The notes below the pieces were generated by a model. The model was not told the DNA's origin. It was given only the letters and a program-made list of their open reading frames with translations, and ran no database searches. A stretch of 50,597 nt of DNA from contig NC_068984.1 in NCBI RefSeq assembly GCF_001194135.2, positions 81,652,006 to 81,702,602 of the forward strand. The letters are read 5' to 3'. This stretch comes from Octopus bimaculoides. Taxonomy: Eukaryota. Each line of letters begins with the position of its first letter. Position 1 is the first letter of the stretch. Below are positions 1-10,658 of this stretch, one piece after another. The translations under genes were made by a program, and so were the position numbers.

Positions 1-142
1 TCTTTCTTCTTTCTTTTCTTCCTTTCTGCTTGTCAGTTATAAGCACGATTCGTATGTGTGTGTGTATATATGTACACACACACACACATACGAATCGTGC
101 TTATAACTGACAAGCAGAAAGGAAGAAAAGAAAGAAGAAAGA
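1..142. repeat. Perfect 65-bp inverted repeat (arms 1-65 and 78-142, 12-nt spacer) at the window edge
   Basis: Position i pairs with 143-i for all of 1-65: tctttcttct...gattcgtatgtgtgtgtgt is the exact reverse complement of acacacacacatacgaatc...agaagaaaga. Confidence 0.95.
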
Positions 143-540
143 CGCAATAATAAGACAATTTATTAAATATATATAAATAATAGTTTAAAACAAATATAAC
201 AAAGTTAAAGTTAGCTGACGCGAAATCAATGCAACACACACAAGAGTAGGTCATCGCAATAAAAGGAACACTGCCATAAAGGATAAGCAACGAAGGTTAA
301 AAAGATATAATGAAATAAAAATAAAGTAAAACGAAAAGGCTGCAAGTAAAATAAACTTGGAATATAAAACAATTTGATATAATATGAATATTATATAGGC
401 AGTTAGGCTAAAGCCCAGCTGTTTCTTCTTGAAGCACATCTGCTTATTCCATTATTACAATCAATACGTATCCATGGTTGCTGCTGTATGTTAGTCAAAA
501 TGCATATTAAAATTGAGAATTATGGAAATAATTTTCAGAG

Positions 541-782
541 TTATCGTATAACAGAACAGGAAAGTGGAAATGTTTTGGTATTATTTATTCTCCATTACAT
601 GCGTTTCGTTGCTAATAGGTATTACAAAGATAGACATGTAAGGAATTTACTACTAGAAATTCGTCAGTGAGAGAAAGTTCTTTTGTAATAAAAAAATCTT
701 TTTACTATAACAAAAACTTATTATTATAAAAAAAACTTTGTTTCTTTGTTTGTTTGTTTCTTTCTCTCTCTCTCTCTCTCTC

Positions 783-835
<53 letters not shown>

Positions 836-970
836 GACGTATTTTTAAGGGGAAAGTCCTTACAAGTCTATCCAACGCAAATTTTTGTAATTCCTATTGG
901 CAAATGAAACATGTGTAATGGAGAGTAAATGATACCAAAAATTGTCCATTTTCTTCTTTTGTCATATAAT
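541..970. mobile_element. Foldback/MITE-like element: imperfect inverted arms (~541-660 and ~841-970) around a (TC)n core
   Basis: ttttggtattatttattctccattaca...gatagacatgtaaggaattt aligns with the reverse complement of aaagtccttacaagtctatc...tgtaatggagagtaaatgataccaaaa. Confidence 0.65.
763..832. repeat. (TC)n microsatellite
   Basis: Direct reading. Confidence 0.98.
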
Positions 971-1493
971 ATGATATGAATATATAAAAATTAATAATAC
1001 ACATCGGAAAGATTAAGATAAAAAGCGGAAGAAAATACTGTACATTCCATATATAGGATACATACATATTTAAGAGATTAGACAAATAAAAAATATATAC
1101 ATAAATTTGGAAGGTAAGTAACCAGACTGCGAGAATGTATTTGTAGTTACAATTCATTTGATACACATAATAGACGCGAGCAAGCCCAATTCCTCATCTG
1201 TTATCGACGAAATAACCCCAGGATTTCGACACCTATGATAATGTTTTTCAATTTGGCGGCACCCACAACAAAAGCTGCTGGGTAGAAATGAGCTGACATG
1301 AAGAAGACATATATATATACAGACAGACACATGCATATGTGTGTATGTGTGTATGTTGGTATATATCTGTGTGTAATTGTGTGAGTGTGTGTGTGTGTTT
1401 TTATCTTCTATATTTTATCTTTTATCTATTATTTGTTTTAGTCATTAGACAGAAGATTAGGGCAATTAAAAGGTCGTCTATAGCTAATCCCAT

Positions 1494-1824
1494 GTGAAGG
1501 CGCATGGCTCAGTGGTTAGAGCGTCGGGCTCACAATCATGAGGTAGTGAGTTCGATTCCCGAACCAGCTGCGTGTTGGGTTCTAGAGTAAGATCATTTAT
1601 TTCATCTTGCTCCAGTTCACTCAGCTACAGAAGCGAGTTGCGACGTGACTAGCACCAAGCTGTATTCGCCTTTGCCTTTCCCTTGCATAACATCGGTGGC
1701 ACAGAGAGGCTGATATGCATAGGCCTCTGCTAGTCTTTCAGAAACAACCTTGCCCGGACTTGCGCCTCGGTGGGTAACTTTCTAGGTGCAATCTCATGGT
1801 TGTTCACGACCGAGGGGTGTTCTT
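1494..1824 (+). mobile_element. tRNA-derived SINE (head/body type C, tail type D)
   Basis: Pol III A box TGGCTCAGTGG and B box GTTCGATTCC; body shared with 5181-5330; tail (ccttgcccggacttg...actttctaggtgcaa) shared with 44920-45060. Confidence 0.85.
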
Positions 1825-1957
1825 GTAACCACTCCCAAAAAAATCAGTTTCTTTAATAAAATGAAAAATAAACAAAAGCAAAAGAAAAACAAAATGAAGA
1901 CCGTTCAAAATATAAATGCTTGACATGTGTCAGTCTAAGCACCCGTTCACATTTTTA

Positions 1958-1999
1958 TCGTCGTCGTCGTCGTCACCACCATCACCACCACCACCATCG

Positions 2000-2057
<58 letters not shown>

Positions 2058-2410
2058 TGTCGTCGTCGTCATCATCATCATCGTCGTCGTCGTCGTCGTC
2101 ATCATATTATCATTTTCGAGGTCACCATGGTAATTATCAGCCCTATTTTCCCCCTTTCCCTCACCATCGTCAACAATGCCCTTCCTTTTCTGACCATTCT
2201 CATCAATAACACCCTTCCTTCACTTTACCATCTTCATCATCATCATCCTCCTCATCGTCATCACTTTAGTCATCGTCATAGTGACCGCCAACACCACTAC
2301 CATCTCACCATCATGATTATCCTCATCATTATCATCTTTATCAGCTTCAACATTCTTATCGTTGTGGAGAACATCGTTATCATAATCATTGTCACAGTCG
2401 AAGTCGTCAT
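1958..2410. repeat. Compound (CAT)/(CAC)/(CGT) trinucleotide low-complexity tract
   Basis: Direct reading; explains the poly-Ser, poly-His and poly-Asp ORFs. Confidence 0.95.
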
Positions 2411-2659
2411 CATAATGTTCTGAAGCACACCAACAAGCCACACCAATCCTCTCTCTCTACCTCTTTATCATTCCCTACTTCACAATACCCTATTTTCCCA
2501 AAATTGTCAGATGTTCAAACCAAAGACATATTTCGATTCGTTTTTCATTAAAACATGCACCATTATATATCTCGCGCTCCACAACAATTACAATGTTTAT
2601 TATAGGGGTCACAGTAATACTCTGGAGAGTTTCAGGGGGTAAGACAATGATAAAAGGTT

Positions 2660-2770
2660 AAGAACCCCTACTATAAGTAAATGTATTCTATTATAGCCCT
2701 GGATTGACTTATACTTTGTTAGTGAATTTGGTAGATGGAAACTGCGAGAGGAAGCCCGTCGCATATATCC
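2660..2770 (+). mobile_element. Degenerate CORE-type SINE fragment
   Basis: gaatttggtagatggaaactg...gaagcccgtcg matches the 3' part of 3015-3180. Confidence 0.7.
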
Positions 2771-3014
2771 ATTTTTTATATATGGACAGCTCACCTTCTT
2801 CCATTAAATGCAACTGCAAACGTCCCTAAAACAATGGCAATCGCATCAACCAAACTGTGTTTGTTGTAATCTGTACATAAGTTTGCTTATGGGGGTAATC
2901 TCTAAGGTAATCATGCTCCAAAGAATCTTCCGGTTGGTATCAAATAGAAAAACACGGTTCTTTCAAGGCTCTTTTAAAGGTTGCTTCTTCCATAATTTCG
3001 ATACATTTATAATT

Positions 3015-3176
3015 AGGCGTGGTCGTGGGTATGTGGCAAGAAGCTTGCTTCCCAATCACATGGTTCCGGTTCAGTCCTACTGCGTGGCCCCTTGGATAAG
3101 TGTCTTCTACTATAGCTTCGAGCCGACCAAAGCCTTGTGAGTTGATTTGGTAGATGGAAACTGAAAGAAGCCCGTC

Positions 3177-3221
<45 letters not shown>
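3015..3221 (+). mobile_element. CORE-type SINE (family E) followed by (AT)n
   Basis: ggttcagtcctactgcgtggccccttggataagtgtcttctactatagc resembles the CORE motif (accttgggcaagt); many related copies in the window. Confidence 0.8.
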
Positions 3222-3223
<2 letters not shown>

Positions 3224-3395
3224 GTGTACATTTAAACATATAAGAGATGGTCATAATAGGACATCTAACCTGCTAGAAGGAATAGTAAAAATCCAACTAG
3301 TCTATTGACTAGTTTTTCTACACGCTAGTCCACTGGTGGTAAAAAATTTCGAAATAATTTTTTTACTCCCCTGAAATTTATATATATATATGAAC

Positions 3396-3830
3396 AAAAC
3401 TTACTTGGAAAAGGATGCGTAGCGTTCGATCATATAATAATATAAATAATATATAAATATATGCATATATTCATACATATATGTACATACCTACATCTAT
3501 ATGTATACATACATGCATATATGGGTGCAGGACATTAAAAAAAACGTTAAACACAATGAGAAACGAAAACATAAAAACGAAAACATAGAAAACGAACATT
3601 TTTCGAACAACGAAAAAAAACAAACAGAGAAACGAGACATGCAACATAAAGAGTATACCCCTTTGTCAGTTGTCCCTGTTCCATCTACTCCGCGAATCGA
3701 AGGCAAAGACAGTACGCGACTTCGTTGGAACAGTCCTTCCCACAAAGCAAATTAAATAAAATTTGAGGTTTTTTGCGGACGGTGAAAGTGTTATTTCTTC
3801 TTATTCCTTGTGTTTGACGGATTATGTTGT
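3396..3830 (-). mobile_element. Dispersed repeat, class uncertain (possibly Penelope-like 3' region)
   Basis: About 290 bp closely match 29026-29315; the right part is homologous to 20195-20370. The class assignment is a guess. Confidence 0.6.
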
Positions 3831-3902
3831 ATATCTTATATATGTTCATTGAGGGGGTGTGATATGTTGAGTCGTTAACCCAGTCTTTTTATTCTATAAC
3901 TA

Positions 3903-3935
<33 letters not shown>

Positions 3936-4824
3936 NNNNNNNNNNNNNNNNNNNNNNNNNNNNNNNNNNNNNNNNNNNNNNNNNNNNNNNNNNNNNNNNN
4001 NNNNNNNNNNNNNNNNNNNNNNNNNNNNNNNNNNNNNNNNNNNNNNNNNNNNNNNNNNNNNNNNNNNNNNNNNNNNNNNNNNNNNNNNNNNNNNNNNNNN
4101 NNNNNNNNNNNNNNNNNNNNNNNNNNNNNNNNNNNNNNNNNNNNNNNNNNNNNNNNNNNNNNNNNNNNNNNNNNNNNNNNNNNNNNNNNNNNNNNNNNNN
4201 NNNNNNNNNNNNNNNNNNNNNNNNNNNNNNNNNNNNNNNNNNNNNNNNNNNNNNNNNNNNNNNNNNNNNNNNNNNNNNNNNNNNNNNNNNNNNNNNNNNN
4301 NNNNNNNNNNNNNNNNNNNNNNNNNNNNNNNNNNNNTATATATATATATATATATTCATATGATGATATCTCCACAATGTGTTGATGATGAGAAAAATGT
4401 GTAATCGCTACCAATATAGCAAGAGATTTCTCCGCAAAAAGTCTAAAGTAGACTCCTTAAGGATCGTTCTCCTTGGTTATATATCCAAAATTTTAGATTT
4501 AAAAGAGAGTTTTGACGCTGATATCCATTATTATTGAAATTTATTCCTATGTCAACATTTCTGTATAAGGCTATATTTAACTGTCAAATTCAAGTCAAAC
4601 ATATAAATTGCCTTTCACATCTTCAGGGAAAAAAAGGTTAAGAAAAAAAGGTAAACATCAAAACATCGTCTCTAAGTCCAGTTCATATTCAAATTTCTCC
4701 TTAAATAACTCGTTAAATAAATTCCTCCTTAAATAAAGGTCCGTTAAAGGGAGACAACCCCTCATAATATTATTAATAATAAATTATAAACAATCACATA
4801 TTACAATGGAAATCTATATCATAT

Positions 4825-5042
4825 TATACGGCGCGGTGTTTTACAATTCTGTAAATAATAATAATGGTATTTATATAAGCTTAAAGCTTATGACGATCAC
4901 CGTGCAATGACTAAGGAAAATAGTCTAATAAAGGGGCATATAAGCCCTTGAGAGAAAAAGAAGGCTTTCCTATTCGCGTGAGACACGAACCCACATCCCT
5001 TTATTAATGCGACTAAATGTGTTATCTTTACACCAGCGAATA
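4825..5042 (-). mobile_element. Short element with a 72-nt tRNA-like head (4971-5042) and ~145-bp body; a second, headless copy lies at ~5140-5575
   Basis: Minus strand TATTCGC...GCGAATA acceptor stem, GTGT/ACAC D stem, GTGGG-TTCGTGT-CTCAC T arm; body sequence is repeated on both sides of the SINE at 5181. Confidence 0.65.
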
Positions 5043-5180
5043 AGCCTTCCTTTTTCTGTCAAATTTAAGAACTATATTAGTTCGTATTTGTTTTTATGTA
5101 AACAAACTTTCTATATGCTTTCGGTGCGAATGGTTTTGTTATACAGGTGCCGTATTTTACAATGCTGTAAATAATAATAA

Positions 5181-5446
5181 GTGGAGGCGCGTGGCGTAGT
5201 GGTTAGGGTGTCAGCATCATGAACATAAGATTGTGGTTTCGATTCCTGGACCGGCCAACGCGTTGTGTTCTTGAGCAAAACATTTCATTTCACGTTGCTC
5301 CAGTCCACTCAGCTAGCAAAAATGAGTAACGCTGCAATGGACTGGCGTCCCGTCCGGCTGGGGAACACATACACCATTGAAACCGGGAAACCGGGCCCAT
5401 GAGCCTGGCTAGGCTTTAAAAGGGCGCATTTATTATTTTTTTTATT
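5181..5446 (+). mobile_element. tRNA-derived SINE (head type C, tail type B) with 13-bp TSD
   Basis: A box TGGCGTAGTGG, B box GTTTCGATTCC; TSD taaataataataa at 5168-5180 and 5447-5459. Confidence 0.9.
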
Positions 5447-6054
5447 TAAATAATAATAATGGTATTTGTATAAGCTTAAACTTATGGTGACCACCCTGCA
5501 ATGACTAAGCAAAAATAAAAAATTTGATAAAGGGCCATATAAGCTCTCGATAGAAAAAAGAAGGCTTTCCTCTATATATATATATTGTACACGCATATAT
5601 AGACTATAAGAACGAAGAATATGTGGAGGAAATAGCTAGTAAAAAGTTACAAGTGAATTAGAGATGAAACTTGTGGTAAATGGAAACAGAGTAAAAGAGA
5701 AATGGCGGTAGGTAAGCAGTTAGATAGATAAAGAGAGGGAGAGACAGAGAGGGAGAGGAAGAGAGAGGGAAAGGGAGAGAGGGAGGTGTTAAGCGTATTT
5801 TGATCAAATCATTTTATAGAGCTGATTTAATCTGTAGTGTGAACAGCATCTTAAGTGGAGCAAGAGTGTTTTGCGAAGTATTCTTAATATTTTGTACAAA
5901 ATATGGAAAAGCTAAAAACCCATCATGGCAATAGTGACAGTAGTAGCTGTCAGGGTGAGGTGGGTGGGGAAATGATTTTGTATGATTGCACTCAGTTACC
6001 TTTGCTTAATGTTTAATGGCCAATACTGTAAGGCGAGTAAAATGTATCCAAATG

Positions 6055-6190
6055 ACGATGTAGTAGTAGTAGTAGTAGTAGTAGTATAGGTGGTGGTCGT
6101 GGCGGTGGCGGTGGCAGCAGCAGCGGCAGCAGCAGCGGCAGCAGCGGCGGAAGCAGCGGCAGCAGCAGCAGCAGCAGTAGTAGTAGCAGC

Positions 6191-6227
<37 letters not shown>

Positions 6228-6254
6228 TAGCTGGTGCTGGTGGTGGCGGTGACG

Positions 6255-6285
<31 letters not shown>

Positions 6286-6305
6286 TTGCTGTTGTTGTTG
6301 TTGTT
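6055..6305. repeat. Compound (TAG)/(TGG)/(CGG)/(CAG)/(TTG) microsatellite with a duplicated higher-order unit
   Basis: Direct reading. Confidence 0.95.
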
Positions 6306-6794
6306 TAGCCTGCGGTTAATTTTCATGAAGCAAACTCATGATCAAAGGCATTCCACCCCTGTTAGTAGTAGTATTATTTCGGAGACAACTTCTACCTATA
6401 ACTACATTATCAAATCCGTTCTGTTTTCTAAGAAAAAAACGAAATTTGAGACCAATTTGACTGTTCTTTCTAGCAATTGATTTTTACGATGCATCTTAAT
6501 ACCTGAGTATACTTATCTCTGCTCTACCCATACAGCTGAGGCGGATATCATTTTTTTAAAAATTTTACGTGTGTATGCGCATACGCATTCACGCAAAATA
6601 TATACTGTGTATTATGTGTGTGTGTGTGTGTGTGTGTGCTTATATATACGTCCTATATATATAGGTCCTTTTCTACTTGGCTGTCACAGTTCATTTACTT
6701 CAATTTTTGTTCCAGTTGATTTCATATTTGGTGTATGGTGTAGTTTTGTATGGTAATCATTGACATGAAATTCATTTTCGCCATAGATCAATAA

Positions 6795-7113
6795 ATAGTT
6801 AATAGAGGAATTCATTGGGGTTTGAACAATTCCTCTCTGGAAACTTGGGTGTTTTGTTCATTACCCTTAAACAACCCTTATTTAAGTACCTTTTGAGTGG
6901 GATGGGCTACTCGACATGAATAAAATTCTAACTGGGCCCCATCTGCAAGGTCATGCGCTGATTATCTCGATATGAGATCACCATGTCGCACACATATGGT
7001 TGTGATGCATGTGCCTGGTGTACCCTTATCAGATGGGTAGTCATGATGGGTATATTGGGCTTCGTATATTTTACCCCAGTATCACTTTGATGACATGCAC
7101 CGCTCTCTCACTC

Positions 7114-7166
<53 letters not shown>
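6795..7166 (+). mobile_element. Non-LTR retroelement 3' end with (AAT)n tail
   Basis: Mixed-composition sequence ending gctctctcactc(aat)n, with an internal 9-bp stem agaggaatt/aattcctct. Family not determined. Confidence 0.5.
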
Positions 7167-7429
7167 NNNNNNNNNNNNNNNNNNNNNNNNNNNNNNNNNN
7201 NNNNNNNNNNNNNNNNNNNNNNNNNNNNNNNNNNNNNNNNNNNNNNNNNNNNNNNNNNNNNNNNNNNNNNNNNNNNNNNNNNNNNNNNNNNNNNNNNNNN
7301 NNNNNNNNNNNNNNNNNNNNNNNNNNNNNNNNNNNNNNNNNNNNNNNNNNNNNNNNNNNNNNNNNNNNNNNNNNNNNNNNNNNNNNNNNNNNNNGTGGTG
7401 ATGGTGGTGTTGGTGGTGATGATGATGAT

Positions 7430-7520
7430 GAGAAGAAGAAGAAGAAGAAGAAGAAGAAGAAGAAGAAGAAGAAGAAGAAGAAGAAGAAGAAGAAGGAGGA
7501 GGAGAAGAAGAAGAAGAAAA
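7430..7520. repeat. (GAA)n microsatellite
   Basis: Direct reading. Confidence 0.98.
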
Positions 7521-8239
7521 AGACGTGCAAAAGATTGTTTTAATTGGTACGTCACACGTATTAAGTCGGCATTTCGCTGTGAGAACGATAAACGATAACT
7601 TCCACGTAAATATCTTTATTTTTTACATTACTTTATTTGATTTTGTAAATCAACGATCTGGTGTGCTTATTTTAATGGCCAATCAATGAATACAGTGAGT
7701 GTCTTTGCCCTAGGTGTCGGGAAGATGCATGGTAAGAAACGGAAAGGAAATTGAAAGAAAAAGTAAAATTCATGATGATGATGACAATGATGAAGATGAT
7801 GAGAAGAACATGAAAAACTACAACAACAATGACAAAAATAACAACAGTAGTTCAATGAGGGGAAGAGATTGGTATTTATATCCATTCCATCTTCATATCA
7901 TTAAGGAATGTATTACCTTCTCCACTTCATTATGTACATTGGCACACACGCACTTCTGATGTAAAGGTTCAACCTTCTCACTCTATCACTGTGATTCTGG
8001 CTAAGGTTTATATATTAAGGGTACAGGTGTCTGTGGAATGGTTAACCAATTACACGCTGATTCCACCAAATACTGAATACTCATTGTCAAAACCGATGGA
8101 GATCCATTAACTTTGTTTGCATGTGTATGTATATTTGTGTGTGTGTACACTCATATATATGTGTGTATATATAAATATTTGTATTCACACACATTACATA
8201 TATACATAGTGTATGTGTATGTCTGTATGTATACGTATG

Positions 8240-8272
<33 letters not shown>

Positions 8273-8599
8273 TAAGTTAATCTCCTGTCTACTTCTATAT
8301 CTGGTAGCTCATACGTACTCAGTCTAGTTTGCCAACAACTTCCGCTTCAATAAAGTTTAGTTATTTCTTACAAGTTGAGTAATGAATACGACAGGTAAAA
8401 ATCTAAAAAAATCTATGCACGCGAGCACACACACACGCATGCGCGAGCCTAAACAGATACATACATATGTACATACATACGTACATGCATATATTCATAT
8501 ATACATACATACATACATCAATTACATACATGTATACATACATAGTGCGAGAGTTATTTGAGGACACATGTAGTAATTCAACCTATCAAACACTAATCT

Positions 8600-9040
8600 A
8601 GCAAAAGCCAAAAGTATTTCAAGAAAAGTTTATGCACACGTTCTTGATAAACTTTCTTATAATATGAACCTGACTTCAGTATCGATGAAGCAAAATGATC
8701 CTTATTCATTTCGAACATCATCAGGACAATAGCACCCTTCAGTGAAGCGACGGTATTGTGAGCATGTCGATTAGCTCTCCCTTCAACAACGCTCCAAACG
8801 TAGTAATACATAAGATTTAAATCTGATGAGCTTTGGAGGCCACAAGTTCAGGGTTACATGATTGTAAAGATCGTCTGACATTCATTCTTGGGTTACATGT
8901 GCTTCGTGGGAAGATGCTGAGTCTTATAGAAACACGTGTAACCGTCTATCGTGTGTTTCATCCATTTAGGGTTTAGCAACTTTCTCCAGTATCTCAACAT
9001 ATCTAGTAACACTAGTTTTAAGATTGTGCTGGAAGATTTG
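8600..9040 (-). pseudogene. Tc1/mariner-superfamily (maT/DD37D-like) transposase C-terminal remnant
   Basis: Pieced translation YVEILEKVAKP*M...FL*DSASSHEAHVTQE...LWPP/SSDLNLMYYYVWSVVE...HNTVASLKGAI matches the FQQDxAPxH and WPPNSPDLNPxDY motifs; contains stops and a frameshift. Confidence 0.8.
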
Positions 9041-9167
9041 ACAATGCAATCAAGTAATAAGATTTTCCGCATATAACTGATATTTATTCACTGTTTGTGA
9101 AAAGCGCGGATGATGATGTAACTAGTTACTATATAAACAAACTTTTTGCTTTCCTTTATATATATAT

Positions 9168-9380
9168 AAACCAGACGCATCGCTCCACCAACTAAAAATG
9201 GTCAGGTACCACCACCTAACAAATCGAGAAAGAGCTATCAATCAGTTAATGCGATCGGAGTCTGGACCGGATGGGTTTTCCCATGTTGGTCAAATCAAAC
9301 CACTCCTGATAGTAGCTACTGTCAATTCCTTTACGTTTCTGTTTTGCTAACATACTTCCCTGGATCTAACTACGGTTTCC
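9168..9380 (-). pseudogene. Degenerate 18S rRNA fragment (central to 3' region)
   Basis: Minus strand carries, in the correct order, AAAGGAATTGAC, CAGGAGTGG, GATTGATAGCTCTTTCTCGATT, GGTGGTGGT, TTAGTTGGTGGAGCGAT and GTCTGGTT, all conserved eukaryotic 18S segments as recalled. Confidence 0.9.
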
Positions 9381-9382
9381 TC

Positions 9383-9534
9383 TACATACATACATACATA
9401 CATACATACATACATACATACATACATACATTAATACATACATACATACATAGATACATACATGCATGCATACATACATACATACATACATACATACATA
9501 CATACATACATACATACATACATACATACATACA
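9383..9534. repeat. (TACA)n microsatellite
   Basis: Direct reading. Confidence 0.98.
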
Positions 9535-10606
9535 TGATGGCTTCCCCCTCGTTATCGAGTATGGCCATTGCACGAAGCTGAACTTAACAGTGCTGTGATC
9601 GAATGTGACTTTTTAGCCCAGCCNNNNNNNNNNNNNNNNNNNNNNNNNNNNNNNNNNNNNNNNNNNNNNNNNNNNNNNNNNNNNNNNNNNNNNNNNNNNN
9701 NNNNNNNNNNNNNNNNNNNNNNNNNNNNNNNNNNNNNNNNNNNNNNNNNNNNNNNNNNNNNNNNNNNNNNNNNNNNNNNNNNNNNNNNNNNNNNNNNNNN
9801 NNNNNNNNNNNNNNNNNNNNNNNNNNNNNNNNNNNNNNNNNNNNNNNNNNNNNNNNNNNNNNNNNNNNNNNNNNNNNNNNNNNNNNNNNNNNNNNNNNNN
9901 NNNNNNNNNNNNNNNNNNNNNNNNNNNNNNNNNNNNNNNNNNNNNNNNNNNNNNNNNNNNNNNNNNNNNNNNNNNNNNNNNNNNNNNNNNNNNNNNNNNN
10001 NNNNNNNNNNNNNNNNNNNNNNNNNNNNNNNNNNNNNNNNNNNNNNNNNNNNNNNNNNNNNNNNNNNNNNNNNNNNNNNNNNNNNNNNNNNNNNNNNNNN
10101 NNNNNNNNNNNNNNNNNNNNNNNNNNNNNNNNNNNNNNNNNNNNNNNNNNNNNNNNNNNNNNNNNNNNNNNNNNNNNNNNNNNNNNNNNNNNNNNNNNNN
10201 NNNNNNNNNNNNNNNNNNNNNNNNNNNNNNNNNNNNNNNNNNNNNNNNNNNNNNNNNNNNNNNNNNNNNNNNNNNNNNNNNNNNNNNNNNNNNNNNNNNN
10301 NNNNNNNNNNNNNNNNNNNNNNNNNNNNNNNNNNNNNNNNNNNNNNNNNNNNNNNNNNNNNNNNNNNNNNNNNNNNNNNNNNNNNNNNNNNNNNNNNNNN
10401 NNNNNNNNNNNNNNNNNNNNNNNNNNNNNNNNNNNNNNNNNNNNNNNNNNNNNNNNNNNNNNNNNNNNNNNNNNNNNNNNNNNNNNNATCTTGGTGTGAC
10501 CTTAGCTTTATTTTTCCTGGGACCTTACTTGCACATAATCCTAACGATGATAAATGCATTTTCTACCTCTGTTAATAGTAACCTTTGTAACTACATTTCT
10601 ATCTAC

Positions 10607-10658
<52 letters not shown>

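Noticed and set aside
1916-2441. Poly-His, poly-Ser and poly-Asp ORFs of 73-167 aa
   Set aside because: They are translations of a trinucleotide microsatellite in several frames, with no domain or splice support.
3501-3755. Similar basic peptides in ORFs 3501-3755 and 29130-29435, suggesting a gene family
   Set aside because: Both are low-complexity A-rich readings of the same dispersed repeat; the similarity is simply DNA repeat identity.
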